A DNA stretch of 64,000 bases from Mobula birostris. Taxonomy: Eukaryota. Of this stretch, positions 36,105 through 47,519 are shown in pieces; positions within the stretch are counted from its first letter, which is position 1; every line of letters starts with the position of its first letter. The notes under the pieces were generated by a model, which made no database searches, was not told where the DNA came from, and saw nothing but the letters and a program-made list of their open reading frames with translations. The stretch spans positions 176,910,057 through 176,974,056 of the forward strand of contig NC_092374.1 of the NCBI RefSeq assembly GCF_030028105.1, given 5' to 3'. The position numbers were made by a program, and so were the translations under genes.

Positions 36105-37500
36105 ATGGATGCGTATAAGATTGAACCTTGGTGTGAGATCTAGGATGTCCCGGTTAATCATGCCTGCGTATTAAGTGGGGTGGATATACATACCCCGGAC
36201 GATGTGTTAATTCGATATTTGAATATGGTCAGAGCTATCGGTAAGGTAGAGATTGTAAGCAGAAAGGTTGGTAAAACGGGAGACTCAGCTTTTGTGCTGA
36301 TACGGGCTGGTGTTGAAGTCAAGGAATTGGGACTGTCCCAGTCTATCGGTGAGGTAGGTGAGGCGGGGCCATGGGGCGTGCAAACTGTCACGGAGGAAGG
36401 GTTTGAAGAGACACCAGAGAAGTTGCCCGAGGCTAGAGGCGGAGATTTTAGAGAGCGGGTCCATTGGTTTTTGAAGGATGAAGGAAGGGAGTGATCGGAT
36501 TTGGAGAATGTAATTAGTTCTCATTCCCCAGGGAAGGCGGAGGGCTCTGAGTTGGCCTCAGCCATTAACTCTTTGGTGAACCGGGTGATGGGTCCGCGAC
36601 CGAAGTTAAGAATTTTCTCAGGGAAGACCCCATCCCCGACGGGGAAGAGGATTATGAGTCCTGGATAGAACATACCTCTCAGCTGCTGGGTGAGTGGCAG
36701 TGTTCTGAGGAGGAGAAGCGACAAACATTGGGGGACAGTTTGAGAGGGGCGGCAGCTGAGGTGGTAAAAGGGGTGAGAGTTAACCAGCCCCTGGCTTCTT
36801 GGAAGGAGTGTCTAGCCGCCCTAGAGGAGGCGTTTGGGCTGACGGGAAGCACGGTGGAGCTTTTCGGTGGGGGTTGCGGGGGGCGGAATTCAGAATTTGC
36901 TTCAGGAGAAAGGGGAAAAGCCTTCTGAGCATCTTCTCCGACGAGAGCGTAGGCTAAATTGCTTGAGGCGACGGGGGGTCATTTGGGGAATGAGGTGGAT
37001 CGGATAAGGATCGACCAGGTAGCCAGGGGCGCGCAGAGACATGATGTGATCATTACGACCCTCCGGCAGTCCCGTAAAGCGCGTCCCCACCTCCCCACGC
37101 CCCCCGCCCCGCTTTGGTTCAGTTGCTCAGAGAAGTAAGGGAGGAGGAGGACGAATTGGAAGCGGAACTGGGATCCGTTAACAAGGTACAAACCTCGGTA
37201 GTAGCTCCATGTGGTGTAATGACCGGGGTCAGCTCTACGCAGGAGATACAAAAGGAGGTCGCGGCAGGTGGGGACCCTCCGCAGGAGGAGACTAGCGGAG
37301 AAGGCCCCTCCCTGAAGGGACGGACGGCGCTGAGGCCAGGCGAAGGCCGGGGTCCCGCGAGGCGAGGCATGTGCTATAACTGCGGGGAAGAGGGGCACTT
37401 CAGGCGTGAATGTGAACGGCAGGGAGCCCCTCCGAGGGAGAGCCCCCGGGTGTCCCAGCAGGAAGGGGGGGGGTCGGGAAACTTAGAAGAGACGCAGTGA
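36105..37500 (+). pseudogene. Gypsy gag, PNMA-like capsid with CCHC zinc knuckle (frameshifted)
   Basis: N-terminal WC...VLSGV...GKVEIVSR; LRIFSGKTPIPDGEEDYESWIEH...W...EEEKRQ...SLRGAAAEVV; CYNCGEEGHFRREC. Confidence 0.9.
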
Positions 37501-37519
37501 GGGAACGGACTGGAGTCTC
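37476..37519 (+). promoter_or_regulatory. Candidate -1 ribosomal frameshift signal at gag-pol junction
   Basis: In-phase G GGA AAC (37476-37482), 6-nt spacer, then stem GAGAC-g-CAGT/ACTG-ga-GTCTC. Confidence 0.65.
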
Positions 37520-37579
37520 TGGAAAAATACGTTCCCAACAATGTGCAGCGGGACCATCGAAAGGAAAAGACCTTATCCC

Positions 37580-40310
37580 ATAGAACATAGAATAGTACAG
37601 CACAGTACAGGCCCTTCGGCCCACAATGTTGTGCTGACCTTCAAACCCTGCCTCCCATATAAGCCCCTACCTTAAATTCCTCCATATACCTGTCTGGTAG
37701 TCTCTTAAACTTCACCAGTGTATCTGCCTCCACCACTGACTCAGGCAGTGCATTCCAGTCACCAACCATTCTCTGAGTAAAAAACCTTCCTCTAATATCA
37801 CCCTTGAACTTCCCACCCCTTACCTTAAAGCCATGCCCTCTTGTATTGAGCAGCGGTGCCCTGGGGAAGAGGTGCTGGCTATCCACTCTATCTATTCCTC
37901 TTATTATCTTGTACACCTCTATCATGTCTCCTCTCATTCTCCTTCTCTCCAAAGAGTAAAGCCCTAGCTCCCTTAATCTCTGATCATAATGCATACTCTC
38001 TAAACTAGGCAGCATCCTGGTAAATCTCTTCTGTACCATTTCCAGTGCTCCCACATCCTTCCTATAGTGAGGCAACCAGAAATGGACACGGTACTCCAAG
38101 TGTGGCCTAACCAGAGTTTTATAGAGTTGCATCATTACATCGTGACTCTTAAACTCTATCCCTCGACGTATGAAAGCTAACACCCCATAAGCTTTCTTAA
38201 CTACCCTATCCACCTGTGAGGCAACTTTCAGGGATCTATGTACATGTACCCCCAGATCCCTCTGCTCCTCCACACTACCAAGTATCCTACCGTTTACTTT
38301 GTACTCTGCCTTGGAGTTTGTCCTTCCAAAGTGTACCACCTCACACTTCTCCAGGTTGAACTCCATCAGCCACTTCTCAGCCCACTTCTGCATCCTGTCG
38401 ATGTCTCTCTGCAATCTTTGCCAATCCTCTGCACTATCTACAACACCACCAACCTTAGTGTTATCTGCAAACTTGCCAACCCACCCTTCTACTCCCATAT
38501 CCAGGTCGTTTATAAAAATCACGAAAAGTAGAGGTCCCAGAACAGATCCTTGTGGGACACCACTAGTCACAATCCTCCAATCTGAATGTACTCCCTCCAC
38601 CATGATCCTCTGCCTTCTGCAGGCAAGCCAATTCTAAATCCACCTGGCCAAACTTCCCTGGATCCCATGCCGTCTGACTTTCTGAATAAGTCTACTGTGT
38701 GGAACCTTGTCAAATACCTTACAAAAATCCACATAGATCACATCCATCGCACTACCCTCATCTATATGCCTGGTCACCTTCTCAAAGAACTCTATCAGGC
38801 TTGTTAGACATGATCTACCCTTCACAAAACCATGCTGACTGTCCCTGATCAGACCATGATTCTCTAAATGCCCAGAGATCCTATCTCTATGAATCTTTTC
38901 CAACAGCTTTCCCACCACAAACGTAAGGCTCACTGGTCTATAATTACCCAGACTATCCCTACTACGTTTTCTGAACAAGGGGACAACATTCGCCTCCCTC
39001 CAATCCCCCAGTACCATTCCTGTGGACAATGAGGACATAAAGATCTTAGCCAGAGGCTCAGCAATCTCTTCCCTTGCCTCGTGGAGCAGCCTGGGGAATA
39101 TTCCGTCAGGCCCCGGGGACTTATCCATCCTAATGTATTTTAACAACTCCAACACCTCATCTTCCTTAATATCAACATGCTCCAGAACATCAACCCCACT
39201 CATATTGTCCTCACCATCAAGTTCCCTATCATTGGTGAATACCGAAGAGAAGTGTTCATTGAGGACCTCGCTCACTTCCACAGCCTCCAGGCACATCTTC
39301 CCACCTTTAGCTCTAATCAGTCCTACCTTCACTCCTCTCATCCTTTTTTTCTTCACATAATTGAAGAATGCCTTGGGGTTTTCCTTTACCCTACTTGCCA
39401 AGGCCTTCTCATGCCCCCTTCTTGCTCTTCTCAACCCCTCCTTTAGCTCCTTTCTTGCTTCCCTATATTCCTCAATAGACCCATCTGATCCTTGCTTCCT
39501 AAACCTCATGTATGCTGCCTTCTTCCACCTGACTAGATTTTCCACCTCACTTGACACCCATGGTTCCTTCACCCTACCATTCTTTATCTTCCTCACCGGG
39601 ACAAGTTTATCCCTTACATCCTGCAAGAGATCTCTAAACATCGACCACATGTCCATAGTATATTTCCCTGCAAAAACATCATCCCAATTCACACCCGCAA
39701 GTTCTAGCCTTATAGCCTCATAATTTGCCCTTCCCCAATTAAAAATTTTCTTGTCCCCTCTGATCCTATCGTTTTCCATGATAATGCTAGAGGCCAGGGA
39801 GTGGTGGTCACTGTCCCCCAGATGCTCACCCACTGAGTGGTCTGTGAGCTGACCCGGTTCATTACCTAGTACTAGATCTAGTATGGCATTCCTCCTAGTC
39901 GGCCTGTCCACATACTGTGACAGGAATCCATCCTGGACACTCTTAACAATCTCTGCCCCATCTGAACCCTTGGAACTAATCAGGTGTCAATCAATATTAG
40001 GGAAGTTAAAGTCACCCATGATAACAACCCTGTTATTTTTGCACCTTTCCAAAATCTTCCTCCCAATCTGCTCCTCTGTATCTCTGCTGTTACCATGGGG
40101 CCTATAGTATACCCCCAATAGAGTAACTGCTCCCTTCCTGTTCCTGACTTCCACCCCTACTGACTCAAAAGAGGATCCTGCTACAGTACCCACCCTTTCT
40201 GTAGCTGTAATAGTATCCCTGACCAGTAATGCCACACCTCCTCCTCTTTTTCCACCCTCTCTATCCCTTATAAAGCACTGAAATCCAGGAATATTGAGAA
40301 TCCATTCCTG
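37580..40310 (-). mobile_element. 5'-truncated CR1 inserted just upstream of the Gypsy protease
   Basis: ORFs 37641-38603, 38634-39911 and part of 39987-40403 (APE, GVPQGSVLGP, KFADNTK); tagaacatagaatag tail. Removing it restores KDLIPEGLVGP with a CCC duplication. Confidence 0.95.
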
Positions 40311-43300
40311 CCCGGAAGGTTTGGTGGGACCCCGATCCAGCGTGTCGATCTGGATAGAAGGGATAGGTGCAAAAGCCATACTCGACACCGGGTCACAGGT
40401 CACATTACTGTACCGTCATTCTACAATCAGTATCTGGCGCATTTACCCCTGACACCTTTCAGTGCACTGGAAATTTGGGGTATCCGCGATGGTGATTACC
40501 CGTACGATGGCTATTTGTCTGTGAAATTGGAGTTCCTGGAAGCTGAGCTGGGGTGTCTGAGGCTCATGAGGCCCTGGTACTGGTTTGCCCAGATCCCAGT
40601 GAGACGCTAGGGGGGGGCTATCAATTCTGGTGGGGACCAATAGCCCTATTGTGTGGAGACTCCTGGAAGCCTAGAAGGAGAAGGCGGGTGAAGACTTTTT
40701 GGAGACCCTGTCAGTGCACCCAGTGTTCTGAGCTGCTTTTGAGGAAGTGTGGGGTCACCCTGGGCTGGACGCAGCGTGTGAACAAGGCACTGTGTGGTGT
40801 GCCCAGTCGAAGCCCAGGGTGGTGTGGCCGGGTGAAGTAGCAAGAGTGATGGGGATCCCTAGATTCCCAGGAGTGCTTGAGGGTGAAGCCCTTTTAGTGG
40901 ACACCCCGGAAGATCTGAAGGGGGAGTCGAGATTCCCTGCTGGGGTGCTGTTGAAACACAAGTTGCAGAAGCTCTCGGTGGTACAGGCACGCAGGCTAGT
41001 GTGATCATCAGGAACACAACGGCACGGGAGGTCACCTTCAAGCGAGGAATGCCTCTGGTGCATTTGTTCCAGGTGACGGTGATGCACAGCGCCCCCGTGA
41101 AGCCAGTTGGGGGAGAGCTGTCGGGAAAAAGGTGTAAGTTAACCGCTGAAGCTTTTAACTTTGGGGCATCACCTGTGCCGGAGAGTTGGAAGCGGAGGCT
41201 GGTGGAGAAGATGTTGACGATGGCAGATGTTATTTCCCTTGACGAGTTTGATGTGGGTTGATCCAGGAGCACTCGCCACACCATATGGGTGACTGAGGAT
41301 AGTCGTTTAGGGAACGATCACGGCGCCTGGCCCCTGCAGACGTGGAAGACGTGCGGCAGTATTTGTGTAAATTGAAGGAGGCTGGGATCATCACGGATTC
41401 CCGAAGCCCTTATGCGTCTCCTATCGTAGTGGCCCGAAAGAAGAATGGAAAGGTTCGTATGTGTGTGGACTATAGAATACTGAACAGGCGCACGGTCCCT
41501 GATCAGTACACAGTCAATAGACAATAGACAATAGGTGCAGGAGTAGGCCATTCAGCCCTTCGAGCCAGCACCACCATTCACTGTGATCATGGCTGATCAT
41601 CCACAATCAGTACCTTTTCCCTGCCTTCTCCCCATATCCCTTCACTCCGCTATCTTTGAGAGCTCTATCTAACTCTTTTTTGAAAGAATCCAGGGAATTG
41701 GCCTCCACTGACTTCTGAGGCAAAGCATTCCACAGAACCACAACCCTCTGTGTGAAAAAGTTTTTCCTCTACTCCGTTCTAAATTGTCTGCCCCTTATTC
41801 TTAAACTGTGGCCTCTGGTTCTGGACTCCCCCAACATCAGGAACATGTTTCCTGCCTCTAACATACAAATCTTATATGTTTCAATCAGATCCCCTCTCAT
41901 CCTTCTAAATTCCAGTGTATACAAACCCAGTTGCTCCAAGTCGCTTTCACAGTGTTGGACTTGAGGAGTGGGTATCACCAGATCCCGATGAGTGAGGCCA
42001 ATAAGGAGAAGACGGCCTTTATATGCCCTCTGGGATTTTATCAGTTCGAAAGGATGCCCCAGGGCATATCGGGGGCCGCTGCCACTTTCCAGAAGGGTTA
42101 CGGAGAAGACAGTTGGGGATATGCACCAACTCGAAGTGCTGGTATATTTGGATGACCTCATAGATTTGGATCCACCTTGGAAGAACATGAAGCGAGACTG
42201 ATGAAGGTGCTCAACTGGCTGAAGCAGGAAGGGTTAAAACTTTCCCTGGACAAGTAACAGTTCTACCAGACATCTATTGGCTATGTTGGACACATCGTCT
42301 CGCAGAATTGGAGTAGCTGCAGACCCAGCTAAGAGCGAAGCGGTGACCTCCTGGTTGAGGCCCCAGACCATGAGTGCTCTGCTCTCGTTCCTGGAGTTCT
42401 GTGGGCACTATCGGAGGTTCGTGAAGGGCTACGCCAAGGTGAGTCATGTCTTGAATCAGCTTCTGCGTGGCTACCCACCACCCCCCCCCCCCGGGATAGA
42501 GGGGGAAAGGGAGGAAAGGACGGGAGTTTGGAGAATATTTCAACCAGTCAAAGCCCTTCGGACAGAGATGGGATGGCCAATGTGAAGCGGCTTTCCAGTC
42601 ACTGAAGGAGATGCTGGCTCAGGCGCCAGTACTGGCTTCTGCGGACCCACGATTGCCCTACGTGCTACACACTGACACCAGACATGGGGGGTTAGGGGCT
42701 GTTTTATACCAGGATCAGGGAGCTGGCCTGAGGTTTGTGGCTTTTGTCAGTCAGGGTTTGTCACTCTGGGAGAGAAACTATCCCACTCAGAAGTTGGAGT
42801 TCCTGGCGTTGAAGTGGGTGGTGGTGGATAAGCTGAGAGACTATCTCTATGGGGCCAAGTTTGAGATGAGGACAGACAACAACCCACCTACATCCTGACC
42901 TCGGCGAAACTGGATGCCACAGACCATCGGTGGCTGGCTGCTTTGTCTGTATATGATTTCAGCCTGAAGTACCGGCTGGGGAGCTGGAATGCCAATGTGG
43001 GGCCATGAGGACCCGCGGAAGGACGAGGAGTGGGATAGTATCCCTGCATCTGGGGTGAAGGCAATGAGCCAGTTTGCTATCACCGTGCAGGCTGAGGAGA
43101 AGGAGAGGCCGGATCGAGCAGTGGACTCACTGGGGGCATCTGATGACACCCTGCCCCCAGATTACTGTGACCTGACTGCTCTGAAGACCATGCAGCTGCT
43201 GGGGTTGAGCCCTGGGGAAGTGGCTGCTGCTCAGCGAGATGACCCGGACATTAGCCCTGTCTGGCATGCCGTGGAAGAGGGGGATGTGACACGGGCGGAG

Positions 43301-44480
43301 AAGTCTAAGCACGACTCAGGGTCTCTGTTACTGAGTGAATGGCTTCCGTTGAGGTTGAAGAACCAAATGTTATACTGTACCGGGTAACGTCACCCCCGGA
43401 TCGACCTCGGTGTTGGCAGCTGGTCCTGACGGAGAAGTATCGGAAGGTTGTTTTGAAGTCCCTCCATGATGACTCTGGACGTTGGGGATGGAAAAAACCT
43501 ATGGTTTGCTCAAGGATCGATTTTACTGGCCCCGGATGAGGATGGAGGTTGAAGAGTACTGCAAGTCCTGCATTCGTTGCAAACGGCGGGAAGACGCTGC
43601 CCGGGCAGCTGCCCCTTTGTCCCAATTGCAGAGTGCGGGGCTTTTGGACCTGGTGTGTATGGATTTCCTGGCCATAGAACCCGATGCCAGCAACACAGAG
43701 AATGTCTTGGTCATCACGGGCCACTACACCAGGTATGCTCAAGCTTTTCCTACGGAGGATCAGAGGGCGATCACAGTGGCAAAAGTGCTATGGGAGAAGT
43801 ATTTTGTGCATTATGGCCTTCCTCGGCAGACACATAGTGATCGGGACGAGATTTTCAGATTAAGCTCATCTATGAGTTACTGGGCATGCTGGGGGTTGAG
43901 AGATCGAGGACCACGCCCTATCATCTGCAGGGCGATCCCCAGCCGGAAAGATTCAATCGGACGCTGCTAGACATGCTCGGGACTCTGGAGATCAGCAAAA
44001 AGAATTGTTGGAGTCGACATATTGGGCATGTAGTTCACTGTTACAACTGTATACGTAATGAAGCTACTGGTTACTCTCCCTATTATCTTATGTTTGGGCG
44101 CGAGGCAAGGTTGCCCATTGACCTTTGTTTCGGGACTGATGCAGGTGAGGAATCACCGAAGCCTTACCTGAAGTTTGAGTCTGATATGAGGAAAGAGCGG
44201 AAAGGAGTTTACGATTTGGCCAAGGAGGCGGCCGCCCGGTAGAATCAGGGAAATAAGAGGAGGTATGACCAGAAAGTAAAGTTCTCTCAACTTCTACCGG
44301 GAGACCGAGTCCTCATCAGGAATCTGGGATTACCGGGAAAACGCAAATTGGCTGATCGCTGGGCACCCACGCCCTATGTTGTGCAGAGTCAGATGCCAAA
44401 CCTACCGGTTGTCTGGGTGCAGCCCAAGCATGAAAAAGGGCCTGTCAAGATCCTCCATCTGAATCACCTGTTGCCCTTGG
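40311..44480 (+). pseudogene. Gypsy pol: protease, dUTPase-like segment, RT, RNase H, integrase
   Basis: ILDTGSQVT; SPYASPIVVARKKNGKVRMCVDY; YLDD; LHTD...GLGAVLYQ...EFLALKW; H..H..C..C; VCMDF...FPTEDQ...HSD...PERFNRTL. Confidence 0.93.
41516..41939 (-). mobile_element. Short CR1 3' end inserted in Gypsy RT
   Basis: aatagacaatagacaatagg tail; ORF 41769-42188 contains [17 protein letters not shown]. The Gypsy RT is interrupted after DQYTV and resumes at FTVLDL, suggesting a target deletion. Confidence 0.9.
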
Positions 44481-45062
44481 GGCAAGATTACAGGTAGAGC
44501 GAGAGCCTGATGGGCCGACTGCACCCAATACCAGGACTCTGCGTCCCCACAAGGTTGAGGACCGTGCCTACCCCGGGAGAGACAGGCCTGAGACCAGGTC
44601 CTGTGAGGGATACCAATTCGGAGGATGATGACTGGGATGGTTGGTACATTCTGCCATTCGCTGATGCTCCTGTGATGGAGGAAGAGACTCCTGGCCTTTC
44701 CCCCACTGGGTTAGACGGGGCTAGTGAGGGGCAGTCCGTGGTATGCAGGGCGCTGAACCAGAGATAGAGGGTTACGAGGTGTAGAGGGGCTTGGGTGACC
44801 GCACGGGGGAGGATTCGCCTCGTAGTTTTAAAGGGTCCCCTGTAGTGCCCGAAGCGGAAGGGTTAGAAGAGGGGGTACGTAGGTCTCGGAGAAGTCGGAA
44901 ACCCCTAGAGAGGTTGGCCTATGTAGCACCCAGGGAACAAGGTGTGATCGCTACCGTTTTGGGGAGTCAGATCACTGCTTTCTGCACGTGGATTGGGCTG
45001 TGTGTTCTGCAGGAAGGGATGGTGAATTATCTGAGCGTCATGAGGGCATGAAATATTTCGGT

Positions 45063-45072
45063 GGGGGGAGAA
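45063..45072 (+). other. Polypurine tract
   Basis: GGGGGGAGAA immediately before the 3' LTR. Confidence 0.9.
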
Positions 45073-45960
45073 TGTAGGGTTCTCAGTAATACTAGACGGA
45101 CAGTTAACTGTTAATTGCTTATTACCAAAGCGGCTTCTCTGAAGTGTGATGCTGAAATGGTTTCTCGTACTGTTAACTGCTGAGCCGGGGGTTCTCTGTA
45201 ACCGCATGTTTGGGTTATACTTGGTGATAATGGAAATTGTATTCATTTGTTAGCCAATGGAAGTCATGTAATGTTAGCTTGTATGTTTGTACTGAGTTGA
45301 GGAGCGCGGGATTTTTCGGGAGGCGAGCAGAGAGGACGGACGTGTGGGGTACGGACAGCGGTTCCAGGGCGGCAGATACCGGACCTCGGGGGTTCGGATG
45401 GTGGCCGAAGTCTCGGAAGGAAGTTGTGGATGGAATCGGAGGCGTGAGCTCCAACGTATTAAAATATTATGTGCACTAGACTGATAAATTACTTATGTGG
45501 CGCCTTTTCTTTCAGTTGTTGCTACTAACCCATCACCAAAACTTGCTATAAAGTATATTTCTTTACTCGCACTTGGTATATTGTTTGATATTTGTGTCGT
45601 GGCTGATCATTGGGTGCCTTACACCGTATCCGCACCAAAGCATTTGCACTGTATGGCGGGGTCGATGGTTATTCACCCAGTTGGGGAGTCAGTTTAAGGC
45701 CGTTACACACAGATGGCTCCCAGGTGCCAGGGTCTGAGATGTTTCTGGGCGCGTCCACAATATCCTCAAAAGGGAGGGTGAGCAGAGAGAAGCCGTGGTA
45801 CATATTGGTGTCAATGATTTAGGAAGGAAAAGGGACGAAGTCCTGAGAAAAGAATACAGGAGAAAGGAAAGAAGCTGAGGAGCAGGACCTCAGGAGTAGT
45901 AAAATCTCAGGATTGCTGCCTGTTCCACGTGGCAGTGAGGATAGGAATAGAATGAGGAGG

Positions 45961-45995
45961 GTTCCGGTGACGTCATCGTTCAGAATGGCAGCTGA
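45961..45995 (+). promoter_or_regulatory. L1 internal promoter start: CRE and YY1-like motif
   Basis: TGACGTCA 45968-45975; agAATGGCAGC 45982-45992. Confidence 0.5.
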
Positions 45996-46145
45996 AATCA
46001 ACAGCTCCTCCGGAAAAACGGATATTTTGCCCCGTTAATGCATCAAATCTAAGATCTTTCGAACATATCTGAATTGATAAGGGGGGGGGGGGCAAGAATG
46101 GGGAGAAAGAATGGAGATTAAAAAGAAAGCCCCACTGCGGAGCCT

Positions 46146-47010
46146 ATGGAAGAGAGAGGTACAGCCGGGCCTCGTGCAGGCGAAGCGGCAAATATGATGA
46201 AGATTCTGGAAGAGATAAGGGAAGTCCAAAATGATATAAAGCAGCAACTCAATGATATAAAGTCAGAGCTCGCCAACGTCAATCAGAAAATAGCGATGAC
46301 AGAGACTCGAATTGAGAAGGTGGAAGATCGCGTGCAAAACGTGGAACAGATACGAAGTAAGACGATAAAAATATTAAATCATCAGGAAAGCAAATTACTT
46401 GACCAGGAGGGAAGATCGCGACGGAAAAATATCAGGATTTATAATGTTCCCGAAGGAGCGGACGGATTATCAATGATAGACTTTGTAGACCAGCTGCTGC
46501 GGAAAGCGCTGGAGATTCCCCCGCATATGGAGACGGAAATAGAAAGGGCACATCGTTCTCTCTCCCAGCGGCCTGCCGGAGACAGACAAAGCAAACCGCG
46601 ATCCATTGTACTTAAATTTCTCCGAATCGAGAGCAAGGTGGAGATTCTACGAAGGGCCTGGGGTAAGAAGAGGGTTTTTTGGAACGGGAAGTTAACATAC
46701 TTCGATCATGATTACCCCCTGGCGGTCCTATAGAAACGGAAGGAGTATTCCGAAGGGAAACGAATATTAAAGGCAGAAAAGATTGAGTTTCAAACCCCGT
46801 ACCCTGCTAAACTGAGAGTATTTTACCAAGAAGGGATACGACTGTACCAGACGGTGGAAGAGGCGTCTACAGACGTGAACAACCGATGACTGTCTATTAG
46901 CGTGGTCAAACCAAGAGAAAGTCTGGCTGAGCAGTTGTCCCGAACTGCTTAGGAAATAGTAAGAGAACCAAGAAAGCAGGGGACAGGAACAGGACGAGAG
47001 AACGATATTA
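46146..47010 (+). pseudogene. L1 ORF1 (coiled coil, RRM, CTD), premature stop at 46731
   Basis: EGRSRRKNIRIYNVPEG; IERAHRS; PRSIVLKF; YPAKLRV downstream of the stop. Confidence 0.9.
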
Positions 47011-47519
47011 GGACAAGACTGTGAGTTCTCCGAAGACAACCCTCACCTCCTCCAGAAGAGCCATAAGGTTTGGCTAACATTGAAAGTGCTGATAAACTAA
47101 ACAGAAGCAAAAATAGACGGTGATATACCTATCTCGAGAAATACGTGTTATAATGTGGTTTTTATATTACTCAATTTTTTAAAAAAATCATTTATTCATT
47201 CCTTTTTCCCCACCTAAATGAGAATATATACATGGGAGGGATACACAGGCAGATCATATCTGTGTAATGGACGTAGTTTTTTTTTGCTTACTATTATAGG
47301 TACTGCAGCAGGGCCCTCAACCCACAGGTAGGAGGGACTATACCCCACGGCTAGACTTTTCTTCTAGCCCAACCCAGAGTCATCTAGAGACCCCAGCCTT
47401 GGAAGCACAGCTTCGTTACCTTTTTATTATTCGCGTTTCTTGGCTCTTATTTGTTCAGGGAGTAGATCGATTAAGTTATATTCTGCAAATTTCAATTATA
47501 CACTAACAGATAATTACAC

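Larger units (their letters stand above)
35451..45707 (+). mobile_element. Full-length Ty3/Gypsy provirus (PNMA-type gag; PR-RT-RH-IN), decayed, 4-bp TSD CACA
   Basis: LTRs 35451-36034 and 45073-45707 (TG...CA); CACA at 35447-35450 and 45708-45711; PBS and PPT present. Confidence 0.95.
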
